A stretch of DNA of 32,000 nt from NCBI GenBank assembly GCA_046350815.1, contig JAXLZO010000001.1, positions 810,001 to 842,000 of the forward strand, written 5' to 3'. Below the pieces are notes generated by a model, which had not been told where the DNA came from, did not search any database, and saw only the letters and a program-made list of their open reading frames with translations. The DNA is from Candidatus Saccharimonadota bacterium (GTDB lineage Bacteria; Patescibacteriota; Gracilibacteria; BD1-5; UBA2023). The position numbers were made by a program, and so were the translations under genes. How positions within the stretch are numbered: position 1 is the stretch's first letter; each line of letters starts with the position of its first letter. Shown here in pieces: positions 20,965-30,137 of the stretch.

Positions 20965-23595
20965 ATGCTTACATCCCTCCAAGACGGTGCAAAGGATGTT
21001 GTGAAGCGTATCTTTGGTCGTACTCATGCAATTCTAGAGCCATTTGCTCTTCCGCCTGAAGTGAATAAGCGGACAATGCAGATGCTTTCACAGTTCTATA
21101 TTGATAATGAGGTATATAATAGTGCCCTCTTTTGAGGACTGATTGACGATAAAAAACTCTGCTTTATTCTAGAGAAAAATCCACAATTTGCACAAGATTT
21201 TATTGTCAAATTTCTCGGGTATGCAAAACAAAGACAACAATGGGAACAAAAATTTGAGAAGGCAAAAGATGAAAAAAATCATTACCTCTCAGAAGAGTCA
21301 TTTTTTCATATTGAACAAGCAAATGAAGAATTCATCGAAAGTATTCGTGAATCAATGAGGGTAATTCCCATTGATTGTTACAAAGAAAAATTTGAAAATT
21401 TTGATGATGAAAGCGGTATGAGTAGAAAGAAATTTTTTGATGAGCTTCATTGATTGGAGTTATCTCTTGAGTCGTATAAAAAATCAATCGATCCACGATA
21501 TGTAGAACTCTATACTTTTCTCTATATTCGATATCTTTTTTACGCTAATATAACTCAAGATAAAGTAGATCAGTGAGATCAAGAATATTCTATTTATAAC
21601 ATAGAACGACTGAGAAATGTAGATTATATTTTGCAGGAGTTATCAAAACTTACGAATCATTCCAAGCAAAATAAAAAATGACCAACACTTGATATAAATC
21701 AAGAATTGAAATTTATTTTCTCATTGGATTCTCCTTATGATCCTTTTTCTCTGATAGAATCATCGAAACAGACAAAGTCTCTCTCATCATCCTTTGATCT
21801 TTTTTATCGTGATTATTTGTGACTCTGAGATATGATTCATACACAATCATCAATATCAGCAATTGCCACACCCTACCTTATTTCATCATATGATGATCTT
21901 GGCATCGCTGAAAATTATAATAGTCCACATGCATACTATCATCGCCCACTCCTTGATGATCCAATGAGGGCTGTAAAAATGATTGTCTACGGGAAACACA
22001 AGAAGACAAATACTCTAGCATACCGAGAACTGTATGAATTCCTCGAAAATCTTCATTATCAAAGTATTGTGGAAATGGATGTGTATAGCTTGCTAGCTCT
22101 TGAACAAAAGGATTTTGCATCTATTTTGAGTGCTGCTTTTCGCAAGCAAGCACCTGAGTCTAGAGAGGCAGCAGAGATATATTTTCAAGAATTTCAAAAT
22201 GATTTTTTTCAAGAATTTGAATCTATTATGGATGTAGATATTAAATCTATTTTTCCTTCATTTCCGAAAAATAAGCGATTTGCAACGATCAAGGATTATG
22301 CCGCATGGATTCATAGTGCCTATCCGGTCGGGAACCGTAAAAATGTTCATGATATATTGCTATCGGAAGCTGATATGTTGCGTGCAAATCTCATGAAAAA
22401 TACGATTGCATGGATCGATATACCAGTCATTCGTCGTCATCAAAATCTTGCTACAACACATCAAATGTTACTGATAGATTATCTCAAGAAATTCCATAAT
22501 AATTATTGATCATCATTTGAACAACAACATAGCTTGAATAAGTTTATCTTTCACACAAAGATTGCGTGAACATCGCCTGAAATAAGCGTTGATATACACT
22601 TTGAAATCAGTTCACGTATCAAGGATCTTGCCTCAGTTCTGGTGAAGATGCTTGGTGACCCAAAGTATAACTATGTTGATTCTCTGAGAGATCTCTCCGG
22701 TATGAGATGTATTATTGATGGTTATTACGGTGTTGGTGATCCGTTTGATGGTTGATTTATCCTCCTTAAGGATTCAAATAATTTTGCTCAGCAAGCATAT
22801 AATCAATTTGTGCTTGCTCTAGTATGATTTATCGAAAAAAATTCCTTGATTTATAAATTCAAGGGAACACCATCGAATCCTGCTGCACACAATGAACTTG
22901 TTCAAAAATTGAACATGATATTTCCACATCTTGAACTCAAGACGCGTTCTCTACGAGATTATACTGGCAAGACTGATAATGGATATACTGATGCCAGTAT
23001 CACTGGTAATCCCCTGATTATGGATGACTCACAAGAGAATGGTCATTCTCAAGTACGTACTGAAATACAAATAATGACCAGATCTATGAAGAGTGATCTT
23101 CGATGACCAGCATCCTGAGCATGTTATAATGCAAAAAAATTTATGACACTTTTGAGTCGTCAGAATCGAATATTTTCCCTGAAAGATTTTTATCGAATAT
23201 GCGCATCAAATGCGCTTCATCAAGATGGCATTGCTTCATCATGAATGGAACCGGAGGATTTTTTAAAATATCTTCTTTGCAAATGATATCTTTCTGCTTA
23301 CACGTATTGACCTGATCAAGAAGGAATTCTCTTGAACGCAAATGAATATGAATATCGATTGGATGAGATACGTGCAAATGGTAGCTCTATCCGTCAAAGC
23401 GCAAATTTAAAAAAGATGTCTATTTTTTGAATGAAGATGGACATTTCTGCAACTCTTTATCCGAAAAATCAAAATATACTTGATCAGTATGGCAATATTC
23501 GCAAATGAAAAAAATGGGAGGAGATTATAAAGGCTTTTTACCTGAATCCCAAACTGTGCAGTTGAGATCAAAATGTTTCTCTCGCCAAAAAATAA
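20965..23595 (+). CDS. large hypothetical protein (876 aa) with a divergent RelA/SpoT-like nucleotidyltransferase core in the C-terminal third
   Basis: ATG 20965, TAA 23593-23595. It joins track ORFs 21832-22509 and 22846-23106 in one frame through about 17 TGA. Candidate RSD motifs in canonical order: ISSRIKDLASVLVKM (about 22606), LRDLSGMRCII (about 22690), NGYTDASI, and VRTEIQIMT (23062-23079; the canonical form is ExQxRT). The N-terminal ~520 aa has no recognisable domain. Confidence 0.6.
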
Positions 23596-24250
23596 ATCAT
23601 TTGGCAGCCTCCATTCAAGGATCAATAATCGATGCTTGTTCAAGTTGAGGGAATTCATTTTTGATTTCTTCAAAAGTTCCTGTGATGATAGGGTAGTGAG
23701 TGCAACCAAGAATAATAGCATCTATGTCTCTGTTTTTATCTGGTATACGATGGAGCGCACCACGAATAAGATTTTGTTGCTCCGATGTATTATTGGATTC
23801 TATTGCCTGAACGAGTCATGGTATAGATATATTTATGACTCATACTTTGTTTCATGCAATCTGATGTATATAGTGCGTATAGATTCATGATTTTTTGGTA
23901 GCATCTGTTGATATTACAAGGACATTTTTAAAATTACCATCTCGCACTGCCTCGCACGCTGGATAGGTGACACCGAGAATTCGTTGATACTTTGGAAGAG
24001 TATTTTGTAAATGACGGAGTGCATGAACACTCGCTGTATTACATGCGAGTATCACAACATTACATCATTGATCAAAAAGATGACTGACTCATTTCTTCGT
24101 GAGAGCTATGATTTCCTCACATTCTCGATCTCAATAGGGACAATTTTCATAATCTGCATACACGATGGTCTCTATATCTGGATTATGAACAAGAAAACTG
24201 TCTCTCACATGATATGCTCAAGAGCCAGAATCAAAAAATCCTACTTTCAT
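23525..24250 (-). CDS. murI: glutamate racemase
   Basis: Reverse-strand ATG 24250, TAA 23527-23525, 241 aa, about 10 in-frame TGA, no standard-code ORF in the track. Motifs: MKVGFFDSGSGAY, YADYENCPYGDR, VILACNTASVHAL, ILGCTHYPI (the two catalytic Cys motifs). Confidence 0.9.
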
Positions 24251-24284
24251 AAAATCCTCACAATAATTATTGTGAGGATTTTAT
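24249..24284 (-). terminator. 36-bp perfect palindrome between secD stop and murI start (terminator-like hairpin that contains the murI SD and start)
   Basis: 24249-24266 is the exact reverse complement of 24267-24284. On the minus strand the 3' arm reads tgtGAGGAttttAT, then G of the murI ATG. The secD TAA is at 24289-24287. Confidence 0.65.
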
Positions 24285-24286
24285 TC

Positions 24287-26008
24287 TTATTTTTGTATTT
24301 TACCAAGAAATAAAGTTTCTCGTTTGGTAAAGTATTTTGTTGACGCTAGCAGAAGTATACGTGATATCCACATGGCAGTGAAGAGTGAGAGCACAATACC
24401 AATACCAAGCATTAAACCAAATCATTTGATAAGATTCACTCAAAATACGAACAGGATAACAGCTGATGTGAGTGAGGTGACATGAGAGTCCCATATAGCA
24501 CTCCACGATTTTTCAAATCCGATAATAGTTGCATCGATAAGGTTATGTTTTTCACGAACCGCTTCTTTCATTCGCTCGAAAATCAATATATTTGCATCGA
24601 TCGCAAGTCCTATAGAGAGAATCATACCAGCAATAGACGCAAGCGTAAGTACAATACCAAATGATTTAACAATAGCAGTTAAAATCAAAGCATATATAAT
24701 AAGTGCAACGCCAGCAATAAGTCAGGATACACGATAAATCATCACAAGAAAGATAATAATCGCAGCCAAGCCAATGGCTCCAGCCACAATAATTACATGA
24801 AGTGCATCTCGTCCAATTTTTGCATCAATGGTTCGCTCGCTTGAGAGGTAGATCGGTGCAGGGACAATACCAGTTTTGATATCTTGTGCAGTTCTTCTTG
24901 CTTCCTCTATGGTATATGAGCCAGTAATAACCGCTGAACCATCAGTTATGCGTGCCTGAATGGTTGGTGCAGTGATCAGCTGCCCTCAGACAAATATGGC
25001 AAGCTGTTGCCCAAGAAGACGTTCTGTAAGATCACTAAATATTTTCTTTCCTTCGTCATTGAAAATAAGTTGTATCTCTGGTTGGGATTGTTGATTGAAT
25101 ACCATCTGCGCGTTCTGGAGATATTGGTCATTGAGAACTGCACCACTTGCTGTTTTTGCAACCTGCCACTGACTTGGCTCTTGATTTACCCAGATGACAC
25201 TATAGTCATAGACTTTGGTGTCTTTTCCATCAATTTTTGTTCAAAGAATACTGTTCCATTTCACAACAGCATATCCTGTTGGTGCTGTATTCCCCGAGAG
25301 AGAAACGGTGTTTTGTAGTTTTGTTGTCACCACTTCACTGAGACTTGATCCACTCAGTGATTCGATGCCCGCATATTTTACATACTCTGGGAGATTTTCG
25401 AGAGTTCCAGTTCCATTTTCAAAGCTGATATTCTCATGAGTTGTAGAGTATTTGTCACCGAGATCTTTAAAAGATGTCCCAGAAAGTGCTTTTTGTCGGA
25501 TTTCTTGTGCTATCGCTTTTCTCTCTGCTTTATCCTCTTCGGTAATAGTTGTCTTCTTTTCCTTGAATTCGAGGGTAACTACTTTTCCAATAGTTTCTTT
25601 TGCTTGTTTAATATACTCATTATTCTTCTTTTGTTGTTCTTCTTTGGATGTATTTGCATCTCGGGCAATTGTTGGTATTTGAACAATAATATGACTCTCT
25701 CAACCATATTGCGCGCTGGTAATAGTTGGCTCAGTGGTTCCGAGACTATTGACGCGTTTTTCGATGATTTTCTTGAGACCATCAGATACTTCATTTTTAT
25801 TGAGTTTTGGATCTTGTTTGAGTTTTTCTTCCATATCGATACGGTAGTCGAGTTCAACTCATCCATTAAGATCAAGTCCAAGTTTATATTCCCCATGAGA
25901 TAGGCCTTCAGGAAGTGTGATTCCAAAATGTGACCATGGAATAACAAAAAAGAGTGATACGACTGAGACAATTCCAATAAAAATAAGCCTTCCGGTGAGT
26001 GATTTCAT
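24287..26008 (-). CDS. secD: protein translocase subunit SecD
   Basis: Reverse-strand ATG 26008, TAA 24289-24287, 573 aa. The track shows only 24440-24688. Indexed translation gives N-terminal TM, YKLGLDLNGGVELDY, LAIFVGGQLITAPTIQARITDGSAVITGSYTIEEARRTAQDIKTGIVPAPI, LTLASIAGMILSIGLAIDANILIFERMKE, and GVNLIKGFGLMLGIGIVLSLFTAM. Confidence 0.92.
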
Positions 26009-26043
26009 AGAAAAAAAGATACGAATGAGTACAAAGTGTTGGA

Positions 26044-26071
26044 ATTATAGATTGCAAAGAGAAAAAGGCAA
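26044..26071 (-). promoter_or_regulatory. putative secD promoter
   Basis: Minus strand: TTGCCT (26071-26066, the 3' arm of the upstream terminator), 16-nt spacer, TATAAT (26049-26044), about 35 nt upstream of the secD ATG. Confidence 0.3.
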
Positions 26072-26089
26072 GTTGATTGCCTTTTTCTC
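26059..26089 (-). terminator. rho-independent terminator after the antiporter gene
   Basis: gagaaaaaggcaa (26059-26071) pairs with ttgcctttttctc (26077-26089) around a 5-nt loop. A U-rich tract follows on the minus strand. Confidence 0.65.
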
Positions 26090-26094
26090 TTTCA

Positions 26095-27438
26095 TTACTT
26101 GATATGAAGTTTCTTCATAAGTGGTGTTATTGTGAGTGCTTTGATAAAGAGTGTGAAAACAACACAACCAACAGTGAGTCCAAGAATAAATTCTTGAATA
26201 CTGAGCGGAAATTGCCAGCCAGGGAAGCTCAGATCCACAGGAATAAGAAGTGCCATGATAATAGCAAGAGCACCACGAAGGCTTCACCAAGAGAGAAGGT
26301 GCTGCCAACTTTTTGGAATTTCCTCTTCTATATTGAGTGCATTAAACGGTGTAATAACACTATATACACTCAGTGCTCTCGCTATCATGACGGCAATAAT
26401 TGAAATAGCTACAGGAATGATGAGATAATCCCAATGAACTCAGAGCTTAATAATCATGATACCGAGGAGCAAGAAGATGATAGCGTTGGTAACAAAAGCC
26501 ATATAATCCCAAATACTATGCATGGTTGATTCAATTTCTGGTGACAAATGTTTGCGCCCTATGGATCCAAAAACAACAGCCGCAATGGTTGTAGCGATCA
26601 CTCCTGAAAGTGGCACAACAAAATGGGAAATTCCCTCAGCAAGGAGAAAAGTGACATGAGCAAGGAGTATGGATATGGTGATTTCGACAAGTGGGGCTCA
26701 TTTAATCTTTTTTACAAAATTGGAAGCAAGAAGTCCAACTATCGCACCGAATAATCCGCCGAGTAAGAGCATAGAGAGGAATGATAGAATTCCCTTGAGC
26801 GCTATCCATATCCCTCCGTGATGACTCGCAAAAAAGTGATCAAGTAAATTAGTACCGTGAGATCCATGATATCCGCTCACCTCTATGACTACCCCAAGGA
26901 TAACAAGAAAGAATGCAAGTGCTGTTCCATCGTTGAAGAGGCTTTCTCCTTCAAAAATGAGGGCTAGTCTTTTTGGTGCATTACATTCCTTGAAGAGTGC
27001 AAGTACCGCTACAGGATCCGTAGCAGATATGAGGGCACCGAAGAGAAAATAAATAATAAATGGTATCTGGATATCAAAAATATAGGTTAAAACTACATAC
27101 ATGATAGTACCAGTGATGAGTGCTGAAATAATGAGCGATAGAATAGCAAGTAATCCTATAGACCATTTATTCGCCATGAGATCCTTTATCCTCATGTTAT
27201 ACCCACTCTCAAAGAGGAGAATTGGTAGAAATACATAAAAAAGCATTTCTGGACCAAGTTCAAACGACAATAGGAAGGAAAGTCTCGGCTCATGACTTAT
27301 AATCCAACCAAGAATGAGTCCAAATGCAACAAGAAGTACTGTAAAAGGTATTCGTGTCTTCTTTGCAAGAAGATAGATGCCCATAGAGAGCGAGAGAAGC
27401 GCAAGACATGAAAATGTCTGTAAATAAAAATCGGTCAT
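26095..27438 (-). CDS. nhaP: CPA1-family Na+/H+ (cation/proton) antiporter
   Basis: Track ORF 26698-27438 continues through TGA 26700-26698 and three more to TAA 26097-26095 (447 aa). Polytopic membrane protein with LFGALISATDPVAVLALF and FEGESLFNDGTA, typical of NhaP/NHE exchangers. Confidence 0.8.
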
Positions 27439-27505
27439 ATTTTTGATAAAAACCGATATGTTGTAGGCAAAGTTGTATGGAAGTCAAAAATATGAGTATT
27501 GACAT

Positions 27506-27979
27506 CTAGTAGTGTTGTATCGAACTCAGGTAAGCTATCGCAATAGCATCAGCAGCATCATCAGGCTTTGGAGGGTTTGCTAGATTGAAGAGTGATTGTA
27601 TTGCTGATTGCACTTGTTGTTTGGTAGCTCTTCCATTTCCACAAATTCCTTTTTTTACTTGAAGCGGGGTAAATTCGGAGCGCGCAATATTATTTCTTGT
27701 GAGAAGTTCAACAACGACTCATCGACATTCTGCAACAGAAATCCCAGTGGTTATATTACTTCCAAAATAGAGCTTCTCGATACCAGCTCTCTCAATAGTT
27801 GGGTATTTTTGGAGAAGACTTTCAAGATCGTCACGAATTTCTCGTAGTTTCTCGCCGGCATTCATTTTGGGTGGAGTAGCAATTACTCCATAGTCAATCA
27901 GGACTATTTTCCCCTTATTTATTTCAACAAGAGCATATCAAAGTGTTGTTGTTCCTGGGTCGATTCAGAGTGTGAGCAT
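27506..27979 (-). CDS. ruvC: crossover junction endodeoxyribonuclease RuvC
   Basis: Reverse-strand ATG 27979, TAG 27508-27506, 157 aa. Translation [74 protein letters not shown] falls on the LGIDPG and LGY glycines. Confidence 0.9.
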
Positions 27980-27982
27980 GGT

Positions 27983-28522
27983 TTATGGATTAATCCTTGT
28001 TATTTGAATAGGAGTCATACTATCACCTATTGATCGAATTCGTAAATTTGCACCATAATCATTCCATGTTGATGGTGATGACCAAGTATAATAGGTAAAA
28101 AGCTGCGATGGATACTGTCACATATATCATGATAAATTTAGAAAATTTAAGTTTGTTAATGTGATTAATTGATTTGATGGAGCACTATTCATATGGTGTC
28201 AGTTAAGGTTCAAATATTCTAAATTAATAAGGTTTCCAAAAGTGTTTGGTAAGCTCGTAAAACTTCCGTATGCAATATCTAAATGTTTAAGGTTTACTAA
28301 GTTATCAATACTGCTCGGTATGTTATTTAGATAAGCTCATCAAGAGCTTGGTCATCAGATGGACAAACGTTCAAGCAGGTTAAGAGATGTTATGATTTCT
28401 GGAAAACTATTAAATCGAGTATCAGTGATGCGCAAATCTTTTAAGTTTGTCATTCACGATAGGGTAGTTGGAAGGGAGTTGAGTGGATATCAAGTGAGAT
28501 TTAAATATTCTAATTGGTCTAG
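27983..28522 (-). pseudogene. C-terminal LRR portion of the pilin-leader/FN3/LRR gene, separated from the upstream part by a compensating frameshift pair
   Basis: Same frame as 28547-29998, ending TAA 27985-27983. Translation NLTGYPLNSLPTTLSGMTNLKDLRITDTRFNSFPEIITSLNLLERLSIGG..NLVNLKHLDIAYGSFTSLPNTFGNLINLEYLNLNG..LTNLNFLNLSG. There is no own start until ATG 28453, and the LRR register continues from the upstream part. Confidence 0.6.
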
Positions 28523-28546
28523 ATTACCAACGCTATCAGGGAGCGA

Positions 28547-29998
28547 ATTAAACGCGCTCGCTATGGATGATCTCTGCAATTCGATAGTACGCAGCTTCCG
28601 TAGATTACCGAATTCTTCAGGAAGACTTGTGAAATTATTAGATCCTCAACTGAGATATTGAAGCTCTCGAAGTTTTGTTATAGCGATCGGAAAAGTACTT
28701 AAAGATTTATTAGAGATATTAATATTTGTTTGCGTACACCATGTTCATTTATCATATGTTACATTTGTAAGGTTGTTGAGTTGAATAACCTCTGCATCAC
28801 TGAGATCATCAATACATGGAATATGTGCATACGCTTGAATAATTCATGAATAAATACTTTCTCAATGACTATTTATTGCTTTTACCTTGTAAAAAGTAGT
28901 GACATCATTTGTTCTTCATGTGTGTGTGTATCCCGTATTTGATATGTTGATGATTTCTGTATATGTTCCTGATAGACTCGTTGACCACGCAAGAGTATAT
29001 TGTGTTGCTCATGTAACATAGTCCCATGTAAGCGAAATAGATCCGCTTCATCCAGTTGTCTGAAGATTTTCTGGTGTTTGAGGTACGCTCCCACCATTAC
29101 TCCCACTACTCCCACTATTCATCCCCAAAAGACTCTTCTCATCAAAGCTTCCATTCTTCAGAGCATTGAGTGATCCAGTAGAGATATCCGTGGATACATA
29201 TTCATCAGCTCACTGTGATCCTACTATGATATCAAGCGTACTTGCATCACTCAAAGAGATATCTCTACTTCCTGTACCACTCACTCCATTCTGAAGAGGT
29301 TGCTTACTTCCCTTGGAGAGAAAGATTCAAAGCCTATCTCCTGCAGAGTAGGGATATCTCTTGGAGAGATCAATAGAACTGCTATCGAGAGCATAGGCTG
29401 TATCAAATGGATACATGGTATCTCAGGCGTACGCCTGAGATACTCTCATTCCTTCCATTGTTCCTTCTGTTGCTTCGCGAAGTGAAGCAGAGAGTGTATC
29501 TCAAAAATTTGAGAAACTTCCAATGTTTGCAAGATCTCAGAGAGTGGATGGAAGAGATTGCTTCGCAATCTCAATACTCCTCTCAAATCTTGGATTCTCA
29601 AGGTATGCCATGAACTGTGCACTATCGTAGTGTTGATTGACTCGATAGGTATAGGGTATATTGTCTTTGGGATCAAAGATTTTATCTGATCCATACCCGA
29701 GAGGATTCACCAGAGTAGTATTCATGAATCCTTGGTATCCAATGAATGATCCACTCACACTCAGAGAGACACTATCTGCTATAGGTGTAGGAAGTAATCG
29801 AAGCTGTGCACTGGTAATTCTCGCACTCTCTGACAATGTCTTAATATCACTAATTCTCTTTCCATCTCTTGCCACTGATGACTCATGACTCATCACGACA
29901 AACCCTATCACGGAGAGTATAGAGAGTATGGTGATGACTACTATGAGTTCGGTGAGGGTGAAGGCGGAATGCTTTTTCACCGAAGAGAAGATTTGCAT
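28547..29998 (-). CDS. type IV pilin-like (prepilin N-terminal leader) surface protein with Gly/Ser linker, FN3 domain and leucine-rich repeats (5' portion up to the frame break)
   Basis: Track ORF 29537-29998 starts MQIFSSVKKHSAFTLTELIVVITILSILSVIGFVV, a class III prepilin leader plus hydrophobic helix. It reads through TGA to TAA 28549-28547. FN3-like segment PENLQTTGGSGSISLTWDYVTGATQYTLAWSTSLSGTYTEIINISNTGYTHTGRTNDVTTFYKVKAINSHGESIYS (about 29083-28847), then LRRs LRELQYLSGGSNNFTSLPEEFGNLRKLRTIEL. Confidence 0.75.
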
Positions 29999-30137
29999 AG
30001 TATACGATGATAATAAAATACAAGGTGTATGTGTATGGTAGTAAGAATATCACAGTTCTTATGAAAAGTAAAAAATACCCAATGAGAAGTTGAGTATTTT
30101 TTGTAGACAAACGGAGTTTTAGTTTTTGGTATAGGTT

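Noticed and set aside
25007-25977. Several plus- and minus-strand ORFs inside 25007-25977 (for example 25436-25903 plus, 25579-25977 minus)
   Set aside because: They are out of frame with, or antisense to, secD, which reads continuously through this region with SecD motifs under table 25.
24287-26008. Possible fused SecDF
   Set aside because: The length (573 aa) and a single set of C-terminal TM helices match SecD alone. No second periplasmic loop or TM bundle is present.
28359-28661. 100-aa plus-strand ORF (MDKRSSRLRDV...)
   Set aside because: It lies antisense to the LRR region. The minus strand gives perfect LRR periodicity, and LRR genes typically generate long antisense ORFs.
29999-30137. 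Possible terminator or small RNA in the 139-nt spacer between the ATPase and the pilin-like gene
   Set aside because: Only an imperfect stem (aaaaaatac / gtatttttt) with a 15-nt loop is present. This is too weak to call, and no conserved structure is evident.
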